From: Chloroflexota bacterium
GTDB lineage: Bacteria; Chloroflexota; UBA11872; VXOZ01
Assembly (NCBI GenBank): GCA_963663275.1
Contig: OY760183.1
Location: 2,304,001-2,368,000 of the forward strand
DNA: 64,000 nucleotides
Direction: 5' to 3'
Shown: positions 49,467 to 58,836 of the stretch, piece after piece
Layout: each line of letters opens with the position of its first letter
How positions within the stretch are numbered: position 1 is the first letter of the stretch
Position numbers and translations under genes: made by a program
The notes under the pieces: model-generated
Seen by the model: only the letters and a program-made list of their open reading frames with translations
Database searches by the model: none
Told to the model about the DNA's origin: nothing

Positions 49467-49557
49467 AGCTGCCCCGTCTCCGGGTGGACTATTGCTCCCG
49501 AAGTTAGGCGACGCGCTGCCGCATTGCTGCCGTCGCGCGGGTTTCAGTTCAGCGCGC

Positions 49558-49794
49558 CTAGGAGTCGAGAAAGTCGATCAACTGTTGGAGGTTCTCGATG
49601 CTCGGGCAATCTTCGGCCGTGAGCGAGACGTTGAACTCCTGAGCGACCACCTTGCCAAATGACAAAATGTCCATGGACGATACGCCGGCGTCCGCCAGGC
49701 TGGTTGTCAGGTCCAGCGAGGCGCTGAGCGGCTTGCCGTCCACTTCGAGATTATCTGCCACGAGTTGTCGGATGCGTGCCTCAGTTGAAGCCAT
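49558..49794 (-). CDS. Stand-alone acyl carrier protein (SupB-like)
   Basis: 78 aa, acidic, LADAGVSSMD attachment site, EF.V; GAGGAG SD. Confidence 0.85.
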   Translation of the reverse strand: MASTEARIRQLVADNLEVDGKPLSASLDLTTSLADAGVSSMDILSFGKVVAQEFNVSLTAEDCPSIENLQQLIDFLDS

Positions 49795-49989
49795 GAAAGG
49801 CCCTCTCCTCAGTGTAGGTACAGGATACACAGTTTGGTACTACTGGCAGAATAGCAAGAGAGTCACGCGTAGTCAACACTGCGTGACTCTCCCGCTATCC
49901 TGCTTCTCGCTTGCGCAGGCCGCGCTGACCGGATACCGGAACCGACCTACTCCTTGCAGAGGCTTTCCGGTCGCGGCGCGCTACCGAGA

Positions 49990-51387
49990 CTACTCGTTGT
50001 AGAACGCCTGGATATCCGGTTCCTGGAGCACGGCGTCCCAGCGCGCGGCAACGTTGTCGAGCGCGTCGCGGGCGTCGAGTTCACCGGCGCCGGCCTTTGC
50101 CAACTCTTCCAGGATGATCGGGCGCATCTTGTCCCAACCCGGAATCGGCTGGCGGCCGAGGCCCACGTTCTGCAGGTTGCTCAGCAGACCTGAAAGGTAT
50201 GTGTTTTCCTGCACGTAGGCCGCTTTTCCAGCCACGGACACGCGCGGCGGCAGGAAGAACGTCAATTCGTCATAGGCGATGAGCACGTCGTCCTCATGCA
50301 CCGTCAGCAGCAAGTCCCACGTCACATCGGGGTTCTTGGTGGCGGCGGCCATGCCCAGCCAGTCGTTGAACGAGAGGCTCACGGCACGCTGGTCGCCCAT
50401 GGGCTCCGGCGCCACGAATATCTCGTCGACAATTTCCGGCGCGTCAGTCGTTACGCGGCGGCCAATGGCGGCGTTGCCCCAAATCATGGATACGTAGCCG
50501 CCGGCGTAGCCGGCGCCGTAACCGCTGAATTCCGGTCCAACGTACGACGACCCGTGGGGATTGAAGCCCAGCTTGCGGCGCAACTGGAATTCCAGACCCG
50601 CAATCGCTTCCGGCCCATTGACGAAACCGGACGCCTTGCCGTTAGTGACCCACTGCACGCCGTTAGACTCGACGATGCCGTTCAACTCGGCTTCTTCCGG
50701 GTCGCGGCCGAGATTGCCCGGGCTGAAGCCGTAGCGCTCGATCTCCTTGCCGAGCACCTTCCACTTTGTCATGGTGGTGGCAAAGTCGGATTGATCGTCC
50801 ATCGTCCACGCGGTGGGCGGCGTGAGACCGGCCTCAGCCATGTGGTCGTGGCGGATCCAATACGAGCGGTTGGCTGCCATCATGGGCATGCCCTGCAACT
50901 GCCCTTTCACGCGCACCGTATCCAGCGTGCTGGGCAGGAAGTCCGGCTCCATGCCCCACGTGGCAAAGTAGGGATTAAGCGGAATGGACAGGCCCGCCAT
51001 GTAGATGGAAGGCGCGATGGCCTGTCCCATCTTGAAGAGATCGGGCATTTGACCGGCGGCCAGGCCGACCGAGAGTTCTACAAACGTATGCGCTTGCCCG
51101 CCCGTGCGTGGGGTGAAAACGACCTTGCCGTTGGGATACCTTGCCTGGAAGCGTTCGTTCAGAATGCCTTCCACCCAGGGCTGCCAGCGGCCGCCGTCCT
51201 GGACGCTGAGTTCCACGGCCTCGGTCTTTGGGCCGGCTTCCGCCGCCGGTTCGGCCGCCTTCGGTTGGTCGCCGTCCGTCTCACCGGTCTGCGACTGCAC
51301 TTGTCCGCAGGCAACCAGCAACCCAAAGGCGCTTGTGGCAGCCCCTGCGCCCAGTAGACCGCGGCGTGTAATGCGCATGTCTCGCAT
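49990..51387 (-). CDS. Tat-exported lipoprotein, family-1 extracellular solute-binding protein
   Basis: ITRRGLL twin-Arg, LVAC lipobox, AAGQMPDL, P.PGW. Confidence 0.83.
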   Translation of the reverse strand: MRDMRITRRGLLGAGAATSAFGLLVACGQVQSQTGETDGDQPKAAEPAAEAGPKTEAVELSVQDGGRWQPWVEGILNERFQARYPNGKVVFTPRTGGQAHTFVELSVGLAAGQMPDLFKMGQAIAPSIYMAGLSIPLNPYFATWGMEPDFLPSTLDTVRVKGQLQGMPMMAANRSYWIRHDHMAEAGLTPPTAWTMDDQSDFATTMTKWKVLGKEIERYGFSPGNLGRDPEEAELNGIVESNGVQWVTNGKASGFVNGPEAIAGLEFQLRRKLGFNPHGSSYVGPEFSGYGAGYAGGYVSMIWGNAAIGRRVTTDAPEIVDEIFVAPEPMGDQRAVSLSFNDWLGMAAATKNPDVTWDLLLTVHEDDVLIAYDELTFFLPPRVSVAGKAAYVQENTYLSGLLSNLQNVGLGRQPIPGWDKMRPIILEELAKAGAGELDARDALDNVAARWDAVLQEPDIQAFYNE

Positions 51388-51621
51388 CGTGCATTCCCCC
51401 TTCTCTAAGGTGCGCTGTAACTCTCCAATCCCAAAAAGCGGCATTCCACTCCCGTGCGGCTCTTGCCGCCTTGCGCACACTGTACACAGCTTTGCGCTAG
51501 CAGGTCAAGTGTCTGAACACCGGAGGGGTATGGCAACAGGACCGCCCGATTGTAGTACCGAAAAGGCCTCCTGGCCTCACGTGAGACCATCGACAGTAGC
51601 ACTCCCGGCGAGGCAAATGAA

Positions 51622-51813
51622 CCCCTCTCCCTGACTGACTGGGATATGCAAATGTCATTCCGAGCGGAGCGAGGAATCTAAGATGCTGATTGTGCGGGGC
51701 TGTACTCTGGATTCCTCACTCCGCTGCGCTCCGTTCGGAATGACACGTGAAATCAGTCATTGAATACATACCCCTATCATCCTCTCCCCGGAGAGAGGGC
51801 CGGGGTGAGAGGG
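51622..51813. repeat. Nested palindromic repeat composite
   Basis: tgtcattccgagcggagcgaggaatc ... gattcctcactccgctgcgctccgttcggaatgaca, inside tgactga/tcagtca, inside cccctctccc...ggagagagggccggggtgagaggg. Confidence 0.75.
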
Positions 51814-51905
51814 AAATGGCGTCCAACCGGCGGTTTGCCACTGCGGAAGCGCCCTGCTACACTCATGCCAGCATTTCACGTTTGCAGACTGAGGAGTAAC
51901 CGGAC

Positions 51906-53057
51906 ATGGCGGTTCACGCCTTTCAAGTGTCTACGGAAGTGCGCAGCGGCCCCGGCGCGGCGGCGGAAGTGGGCCCGGCGCTTTCCGCCCGCCGTCACCG
52001 CAATATCCTGGTTGTCACCGACGAAGGCATCGTGAGCGCAGGCTTGGTTGCTCCGGTAACGCGCTCGCTGCAAGCCGCCGGCGTTGCCGCGACAGTCTTC
52101 AAGGATGTCGAGCCGGATCCGGAAGAGCGCATCGTCGAGGCGGTGGTGGAAGCGTATCGCGGCGGCGGGTGCGACGGCCTGCTGGCCGTGGGCGGCGGCA
52201 GTTCGCTCGACGTGGCCAAAGCCGCGGGCGTGCTCATTTCCAACGGCGGCAACGTGGCGGACTACGATGGCTTCGACGCCTTCGAGAACGACTTGCCGCC
52301 CCTGTACGCCGTGCCGACGACGGTGGGAACGGGGTCTGAGGTCACCTTTGCCGCGGTCATTACCCTGCCCAGCCAGCAATTCAAGATGTCCATCCTCAGC
52401 ACGCGGCTGGCGCCGCGGGTGGCTTTCCTCGACCCGGAGTTGCTGACAACGCTGCCGCCTCACGTGGTAGCGCACACCGGCATGGACGCGCTCACCCACG
52501 CGGTTGAAGGCATGACCTCGCCCCTTTCGACACCGTTCACCAATGCCTTCAATCTTCACGCGATTCGACTCATCAGCGAAAACCTGCGCGCCGCCGTGGG
52601 CAACAGCGGCAATATGGACGCCATCGGTAACATGCAGGCGGCGGCCTGCATCGCCGGGGTTGGCTTCGCGCATTCGCGGCTGGGCATCGTGCACGCCATG
52701 GCCCATCCGGTGGGAGCGTACCATCATCTGCCCCACGGCCTGAGCAACGCGCTGCTGCTGCCCCACGCGCTCGACTTCAATCGCATTGGGTGTGAACCGC
52801 AACTGGCGGTCGTGGCGCGCGAGTTCGACGCGGCCCGCTCCGGCCAGAGCGAGCGAGAGGCGGCGCTGGCCGCGATCGAGGCGATTCGCGCCCTGGAGGC
52901 CGACATCGGCATTCCGGCGTCGATGGGCGCGGCCGGCGTGACCGACGAGCATTTCGACGCCATCGTCCAGGATACGTTCCGCAGCCGCAACGTCGGCATC
53001 AACCCCCGCCGCGTTACGCCGGATGACATCCGGCAGATCCTCTACCGGGCGCTATAG
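51906..53057 (+). CDS. Iron-containing alcohol dehydrogenase
   Basis: VGGGSSLDVAK, PTTVGTGSE, GMDALTHA, HAMAH, HG.SN. Confidence 0.94.
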   Translation: MAVHAFQVSTEVRSGPGAAAEVGPALSARRHRNILVVTDEGIVSAGLVAPVTRSLQAAGVAATVFKDVEPDPEERIVEAVVEAYRGGGCDGLLAVGGGSSLDVAKAAGVLISNGGNVADYDGFDAFENDLPPLYAVPTTVGTGSEVTFAAVITLPSQQFKMSILSTRLAPRVAFLDPELLTTLPPHVVAHTGMDALTHAVEGMTSPLSTPFTNAFNLHAIRLISENLRAAVGNSGNMDAIGNMQAAACIAGVGFAHSRLGIVHAMAHPVGAYHHLPHGLSNALLLPHALDFNRIGCEPQLAVVAREFDAARSGQSEREAALAAIEAIRALEADIGIPASMGAAGVTDEHFDAIVQDTFRSRNVGINPRRVTPDDIRQILYRAL

Positions 53058-53072
53058 GCAAGTACGATGGCT

Positions 53073-53146
53073 CCGGTAGCGTAGGTTTGCAACCTGCGCC
53101 GCGCCGCACAATTCGCAGGCAGCGCAGGTTACAAACCTGCGCTGCC
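53073..53146. repeat. REP family 2 pair between convergent genes
   Basis: ccggtagcgtaggtttgcaacctgcg and the palindrome ggcagcgcaggttacaaacctgcgctgcc. Confidence 0.8.
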
Positions 53147-53241
53147 AGAAGACGCTGAATGCCAACCTTCGCTGCTAGAGGCTATGGACTATGGCACTGT
53201 TTACATAATCTGCGGCAAGGCGCGCCCTGCGCCCCTTCCCG

Positions 53242-54030
53242 TCAGTCCAGCCGCCACTTCAGCGTTCTCACCACAATGGCCAGCGAGCCCAGGCCGAAGA
53301 GCGCCAAAATCGCCAGGTCGGTCAGCAGCGCGACGGTGATGTCGGGCAGCAGGGCGGCGCGAAAGGCCTGCGCCGCGTACGTTGGCGGCAGGATCCTGCC
53401 CGTCCATTGCAAGACGGTTGGCAGTCGATCCAGCGGGATCATCACCGGCGCGAAGAACATGATGAAGAACATCGTGGCCTGCGCCACCAGGCCCGCGACC
53501 CGCCAGTTGGGAATTCCGAGGCCAATCGCCGCGCCCACGCCGGCAAGCGAGATCGCGCTGAGCGGCACGACGGCGAGCATCAGCGGATTGAGCGCCAGGG
53601 AGAAGCCAAAATACCAACTGCCTACCAACAGCGTGATGATCATGCCCGGCACGGCGGCCATGCCGTTGCCGGTGACAACCGCCAGGATGAACGCCGTCTT
53701 GCTGATCGGCAGGGAGGCGTAGTAGAGGATCGCGCCGTTGCGCCGCGATTGCGCCATGTCCTGGGCCACCATCATCACGCCGAGGGTGACCAGCGACATC
53801 ACCGCCGCGCCGGAGACGAAGTAGCGTCCCAATTCGGGATCGCGCGAACCGGATATGAAGGAGAAGGCGAACACCATACCGAGATTGAGCAGCACGGAGA
53901 TGGAGAGAATCATCGTAATCCACTGGCGAAACTCCAGCACGATCACCGCGGATAGGTGCAGGTAGTTCTGCCAGAAGCGCTTGAAGCCTCTCCACGCCAT
54001 GAGCGGACGCGCGACTTCGGTTACGGCCAT
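53242..54030 (-). CDS. ABC-2 type exporter permease
   Basis: Six TM helices, SLPISK, P...LP..LQ...ILPPTYA. Confidence 0.88.
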   Translation of the reverse strand: MAVTEVARPLMAWRGFKRFWQNYLHLSAVIVLEFRQWITMILSISVLLNLGMVFAFSFISGSRDPELGRYFVSGAAVMSLVTLGVMMVAQDMAQSRRNGAILYYASLPISKTAFILAVVTGNGMAAVPGMIITLLVGSWYFGFSLALNPLMLAVVPLSAISLAGVGAAIGLGIPNWRVAGLVAQATMFFIMFFAPVMIPLDRLPTVLQWTGRILPPTYAAQAFRAALLPDITVALLTDLAILALFGLGSLAIVVRTLKWRLD

Positions 54031-54044
54031 GGAAATCCCTTGCC

Positions 54045-55142
54045 TTATGCGTGCTCGACGGCTACCGGCTCTTCACGCGGCGCGTGCGCGGTAGCTTCGC
54101 GTTCGGATTCATCCAGGGAACGGCCCACGAGTTCTACGTAGACGTCTTCCAAAGAGGCGGTCGCCAGGCGAAAGTCCTCCACCGCGTCCGCGCCAATCTC
54201 GGCCAGCACCCGGTCTATGATGTTGCCGACGCGCTCCTGGGGCACGCGCAGCAACAAATGGCGCGGCCGCGGCTGACGCATCGCGCCCAGCGCGCCCAGT
54301 TGCGTTTCCTGCGCTCGCGTCAGCGCAAACCCTTCCCGCAGCCAGAGTTCCAGGCGGATCGTATCGCCCAGACGACTCTTCATGGCGCCGGGCGTGCCTT
54401 CGGCGAGCACGCGCCCCTCGTCGATCAAGGCAACTCGATCTACGACCCGCTCAGCCTCCAGCACGTTGTGCGTTACCAGGAGGCAGGCGGAACCGTCATG
54501 CACCACCACCCGGCGGATGGCGTCCCAGACCGACCGCCGCCGCAGGGGATCGAGGTCGTTCGTCGGTTCGTCGAGCACCAGCAGCGGCGGACTGCCAAGC
54601 AAGGCCATGATGAAGCCCGTCAACCGCTGCATGCCGCCTGAGAGTTGGTTGATCGGCTTGCGCCGGATCTCATCGACCTGGAACTCGTCAATGTAGGAGT
54701 CGCGCTGGCGCAACGTCTCCTTATGGGAAAGGCCTTTTAAACGGCCCGTGAAGTAGATGGCCTCTTCCGCCAGCAGGTCGCGCATAGCAAACGACGTCTG
54801 CGGCATGTAGCCGATCATGCGTTTGACCCGTTCGGGGTCGCGCTCGGCGTCCACGCCAAAGACGGAAACCCGGCCCGAGGTGGGCCGCACCAAGCCCATC
54901 ACCTGCTGCACGAACGTGCTCTTGCCGGCGCCGTTTGGACCCAACAGGCCATACACCTGGCCGCGCCGCACCGCCACGTTCAGGCGGTCGTTCGCCACCA
55001 CGCCGTTGCGATAGGTCTTCGACAAATCGACCGCCTTTACGGCAAGGCCGCGCGCCGCCGCATCTGGTATTCCGTGGGAGCCGTCCTCGATCACGTGACG
55101 GTCTCTGCTTTCACGGGAGATAATCTTCACTGCTGGATTCAC
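54045..55142 (-). CDS. ABC exporter ATP-binding protein
   Basis: GPNGAGKST, LSGG, VLDEPT, VTH, SLEDVY. Confidence 0.93.
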   Translation of the reverse strand: MNPAVKIISRESRDRHVIEDGSHGIPDAAARGLAVKAVDLSKTYRNGVVANDRLNVAVRRGQVYGLLGPNGAGKSTFVQQVMGLVRPTSGRVSVFGVDAERDPERVKRMIGYMPQTSFAMRDLLAEEAIYFTGRLKGLSHKETLRQRDSYIDEFQVDEIRRKPINQLSGGMQRLTGFIMALLGSPPLLVLDEPTNDLDPLRRRSVWDAIRRVVVHDGSACLLVTHNVLEAERVVDRVALIDEGRVLAEGTPGAMKSRLGDTIRLELWLREGFALTRAQETQLGALGAMRQPRPRHLLLRVPQERVGNIIDRVLAEIGADAVEDFRLATASLEDVYVELVGRSLDESEREATAHAPREEPVAVEHA

Positions 55143-55199
55143 CTTGCCAAAGACATGAAAACTGGATTGTGCGGTCAGTCACGGCGCGGCTGCGCGGTC

Positions 55200-56420
55200 T
55201 CACCCCACGCGAACCGGATGAGGCAGCGGTTGGTTGAAGAGATACCCTTTCACATTGAAGGGAATCTCATCCGGCTGGGTGTTGCCCGCTGTGTCCGTAG
55301 CCCGGGTCATGAGGGTGTGCTCACCGCTTGGGGCATCCCAGTCGAATTCGAAACGCGCCCACGAATACTGGACCTGCGGCGCGAGCACACTTGCCTGATT
55401 CCAGTGTATGCCGAAATCCGTGCTCCAGTCCACCCGCGCTATCGGGCCGAACGGTGAATGCGCGTAGCCGTGCAGGCGGCGCGGGCCTGGGGACAGCGCG
55501 GCGGGCCACGGCAGCGCCAGCGCGCTCTTGATTGACTGCGTGGTGAGCGGCTTGCCCAGCGCCTGGCCTTCCGGCGGATAGGCGTCGCCGATGAGCACGT
55601 AGGAACTCGTGTTGTTGCGCGTCCAGAATTGCTCGCGGGAGACGACAATGCGGCTCAGCCACTTCACACTGGCGCTGCCCACCCAGCCGGGCACCAGCGC
55701 GCGCAGCGGATAGCCGTGGTCTTGCGGCAGGTCCTCGCCGTTCAGCCCATAGGCCAGGAGCGTATCGGGGTCGAGCGCCTTCGCGATTGGCAAGGCCCGC
55801 CGCCAGCCTCCCTCCGGCGCTTCAGAGTCTTGGCCGACTAACAGCACGCTGGCCGCGTCCGCCGCAATCCCGGCCAACTCGAGCGCATCCCGTAGCGAAA
55901 CGCCGGTCCAGACGCCGTTGCCCACCGCGCCGGTCATCCATTGCGTGCCTTGCGCCGCTTGACCCTTGACCTTATCGAACATGGCGCGCTGGTTGCCGGC
56001 GCACTCCAAATAGGCGACAACGGTGCGGCTGGGCAGGCGGCGGATGTCTGCGTAGGAGAGTTCCCGCGGCGTGATGACGGCGTCGCCTTCGAGCGAGAGC
56101 CGCCACTCATCGACGTTCACCTCGATGCTGGCGGCGTTGTTGCGCACGAAGAAGAGGCGGTTGGGTGTCAGGAAACCCCGCATGTCCTCCAGGCGCGACT
56201 CGAGGCCCTTTGCGCCGTGTTGGATAAAGGGCGCCGGGTCCTTGAAGAAGGCCGCCGGCTCGGACGACCCGCTTGCCGGCGCTTGCGCCTTCGCGCAAGC
56301 CATCAGGACCGCCGCCGCGCCTCCGGTTCCCAGCAGCCGCAAGAGCGCGCGCCGCTCGATGCCGCTGGCTTGCGCGAGCGCGGTAAACCAGGCAGGCGGC
56401 GTGGGGTTGTTGCCCGTCAT
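55200..56420 (-). CDS. Sulfite oxidase family molybdoenzyme
   Basis: FFVRN, LECAGNQR (Mo-Cys), HGYPLR..PGW.G..SVKW, RATD..GNTQP; RR-type leader. Confidence 0.92.
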   Translation of the reverse strand: MTGNNPTPPAWFTALAQASGIERRALLRLLGTGGAAAVLMACAKAQAPASGSSEPAAFFKDPAPFIQHGAKGLESRLEDMRGFLTPNRLFFVRNNAASIEVNVDEWRLSLEGDAVITPRELSYADIRRLPSRTVVAYLECAGNQRAMFDKVKGQAAQGTQWMTGAVGNGVWTGVSLRDALELAGIAADAASVLLVGQDSEAPEGGWRRALPIAKALDPDTLLAYGLNGEDLPQDHGYPLRALVPGWVGSASVKWLSRIVVSREQFWTRNNTSSYVLIGDAYPPEGQALGKPLTTQSIKSALALPWPAALSPGPRRLHGYAHSPFGPIARVDWSTDFGIHWNQASVLAPQVQYSWARFEFDWDAPSGEHTLMTRATDTAGNTQPDEIPFNVKGYLFNQPLPHPVRVG

Positions 56421-56538
56421 GGAGATTCTCGCTTCAATGGTTGTAGCGGGTTCTTGCTTCTCAACTAACGTAGTCTAACTTCACACATAAGAAAACCCCC
56501 AACCTGTGGGGGCTCTAGGCAAATGCGAGTTGTCAGTC

Positions 56539-57003
56539 TCAGGCGTCCCGCGCCCACCGCGCCAGCGCCTTTTCGGGCGAGGCGAGTTCCTCGATGCGGG
56601 TGTAGTAGTAGTCTTGCCAACTCGCCTCAGGCAGACCGGTGAAGAGCATCAGGTTCAAGGGGTACATGCCGCTGTCGGTCGCGGAGCGCAGGTCGTCGCG
56701 GAAGAGAAACGTGGGCTTGCCCAACGCGATCGCCATGCCCAACTCGACCATCACACCTTCGTCGGGAGGCACGCCATTGACGACCGCGAAGATCCCGTCG
56801 GAGTTCCGCACGTCGCGAAAGTCGGCCTGGCCGATCTCATACGCCCAGCCCGGCGCGGAAAAGTCTACCTGGTTGTTGCGGTCAAAAGGCTCCCACACTT
56901 CCAGGCCAAGCTCTTCCAAAGCAACGACAAGCTGCGGCAGCAACAATGTCTTCTGCTGAACGGAGAAACCGTACGGATTGGCCAGGTAGACGGTCTTTGC
57001 CAA
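56539..57003 (-). CDS. Nucleoside 2-deoxyribosyltransferase family protein
   Basis: VYLANP, D...SD, PDEG..VELG.A.ALGKP, LNLML. Confidence 0.87.
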   Translation of the reverse strand: MAKTVYLANPYGFSVQQKTLLLPQLVVALEELGLEVWEPFDRNNQVDFSAPGWAYEIGQADFRDVRNSDGIFAVVNGVPPDEGVMVELGMAIALGKPTFLFRDDLRSATDSGMYPLNLMLFTGLPEASWQDYYYTRIEELASPEKALARWARDA

Positions 57004-57038
57004 GTCCGCGCCTCCTCAAGCTGAGAGCGCCAAGTCCC

Positions 57039-57458
57039 CTACGCGGCGTCGCGCCAGAGCCGGAGGCCGGTGGAGTAGAGCAAGAGCGGCAGGGTCACGT
57101 CGATCAGGACCCACAATTGGTTGTCGCTGGTGGCGGGGTCGGCCCACTGGACGCCAAACCAGTTCCACAGCAGCGCCAGGAAGAGCGCGGCCGTGAAATA
57201 GAAGACTACGTTCGCTTCCAGGTACTCCCGGCTGACCGCCGCATTAGGCGCGTCCGCGTCCAAGTTGCGCTTACGCCCATAGGCGACGACGAGCACGATA
57301 GCCAGGCCGATCACTTGCAGCGGATTGAGGATCTGCCAGATGGGAAGAGAGGCGTCCACCCACTCCGGGTCATAGAACCGCGTAATGAGGAAGTGCAGGG
57401 CGATCGCCCCGCCTACGGCGAATACGTAGAGCGACGCCAGGCGCTTGAGCGCTGCCAT
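57039..57458 (-). CDS. Hypothetical 4-TM membrane protein
   Basis: Four hydrophobic segments; GAGGAGG SD before the ATG. Confidence 0.7.
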   Translation of the reverse strand: MAALKRLASLYVFAVGGAIALHFLITRFYDPEWVDASLPIWQILNPLQVIGLAIVLVVAYGRKRNLDADAPNAAVSREYLEANVVFYFTAALFLALLWNWFGVQWADPATSDNQLWVLIDVTLPLLLYSTGLRLWRDAA

Positions 57459-57519
57459 GCCGAAACCTCCTCAAAGTATTGAGGCGCAGTCGGGCCGATG
57501 AACAGAGAAACTGGAAATG

Positions 57520-57594
57520 TGGTAGCGGGGGAGGGATTCGAACCCTCGACCTTCAGGTTATGAGCCTGACGAGCTGCCACTGCTCCACCCCGCG
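57520..57594 (-). tRNA. Initiator tRNA-fMet (CAT)
   Basis: CGCGGGG...CCCCGCT-ACCA with an unpaired position 1; TCAGG-CTCATAA-CCTGA anticodon arm; GGTTCGAATCC T arm. Confidence 0.93.
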
Positions 57595-57603
57595 TCATGT
57601 GTT

Positions 57604-57928
57604 GAGTAGACCGATAAGCCCCATTCTGTCGCGGACAGCCATCTATCTTGGGCAACGGCTTGCGCCGCGCCTCTTTGCGGCCTACCCGGGACTCCGCGAG
57701 CCGCCTCAACGTCCCTGTCTTGGCCTTGCTCCGGGCAGAGGTTACCCTTTTCACTCCGGCCCGGCGCGGCAACCGCCGCAACCTCTGGCCGGCCTTGGTC
57801 TCTGTGGCCCTATTCCGCGCCTCGCGGCGGACGGGTGTTACCCGCTGCCCTGCCCTGTGGAGTGGGGACTTTCCTCACGGCGCGCACACGCTGGGCGTGT
57901 ACACACTGCGCGGCTGTCTAGTCTACTC
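57604..57928 (-). ncRNA. rnpB: RNase P RNA
   Basis: Minus strand reads GAGTAGAC...GAGGAAAGTCCCCAC...GTGAAAAGGGTAACC...GACAGAATGGGGCTTA...GTCTACTC, giving P1 and P4 pairing and the conserved regions. Confidence 0.93.
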
Positions 57929-57938
57929 GACATTTGTC

Positions 57939-57967
57939 AGTATAGCACGGCATTGGGAAGCGCACAA
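57939..57967 (-). promoter_or_regulatory. Promoter of rnpB
   Basis: TTGTGC-17 nt-TATACT with TG extension on the minus strand. Confidence 0.6.
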
Positions 57968-58035
57968 CCGCAGCACAGAGAGAGGAGAGTATGGATGTGA
58001 ATCTTTGCCAATTGGGACAGGGCTTTGGATGTGCC

Positions 58036-58734
58036 TTACAAGGAATCTCCCCGCCATTCCGGTCGTTCCTCCACCACGCGCGCCAGCACGGCGCGGGCGT
58101 CTGCAAGGATCGGTTCCCCGTGGGATAGCAAAACCGTGTCGAGCGGCAGCGTTTGGAGCAGGCTTGGCAGGAGCGCGCAGAATTCGCGGCTGCCGAGCCA
58201 GAGTCTGCCGTCGGGCGTGCCCCACAGCGCATCCGCAATCACGAGCGACCGCGCTGAAGAGAGGTAGAAGACGACCTCCGGATGCGGCGACGTGAGAAAG
58301 TAGAAGCGCACATCGCCCGGCAGTGGGTCTTCCGCGCTAAACGTGTGCGTGGGCCGGCAGTTGAGCGAATCCCGCGGCATGGCCTCGTGGACCCGGATGC
58401 TGGCGCCGTACCGGCAAGCGTAGCGATCGAAGACCGCCTGCGCGCTGCGGTCGTGCCAATCGGTGCTGAGGAGCACCGTTACCGGCTGCCGCTTGCGCTC
58501 CACCGCAGCGTCGAGCGCCTGCCAGAATCGCCTGCATTCCGGTGAGGCTGGCGGCGGCGCAAGCGGGTCGATCAGTACAAGCTCTGATGGAGCCTCGTAG
58601 CAAACACAGCCGACCTGCCGCGACCAGCCAAAGCCGGTCTTCTCTTCAGGGTCGTACGGAGACCAGTCCGGATGCGGCGCGGTCCAGCGCCATAGTCCTG
58701 GGATGATGCAATCCATCACGTCGGCAAGGGACAT
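58036..58734 (-). CDS. MBL-fold-like hypothetical protein
   Basis: GLWRWTAPHPDW, LIDPL, WHDRS, ADAL, LLSHGEP; degenerate metallo-beta-lactamase motifs. Confidence 0.65.
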   Translation of the reverse strand: MSLADVMDCIIPGLWRWTAPHPDWSPYDPEEKTGFGWSRQVGCVCYEAPSELVLIDPLAPPPASPECRRFWQALDAAVERKRQPVTVLLSTDWHDRSAQAVFDRYACRYGASIRVHEAMPRDSLNCRPTHTFSAEDPLPGDVRFYFLTSPHPEVVFYLSSARSLVIADALWGTPDGRLWLGSREFCALLPSLLQTLPLDTVLLSHGEPILADARAVLARVVEERPEWRGDSL

Positions 58735-58836
58735 TAGAGTCTTCCCAATACTGCCAGAAGTGGGGCGACCTCATCTGATTGACCGCGTTGGCCGGCGTGC
58801 CGGTCTAGTGCGCCTTGAGTTTCAACGAACCTTTGC

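Noticed and set aside
51388-51621. Riboswitch upstream of the SBP gene
   Set aside because: No recognisable aptamer consensus; only a TTGACC/TACAGT promoter-like element. An Rfam cmscan would settle it.
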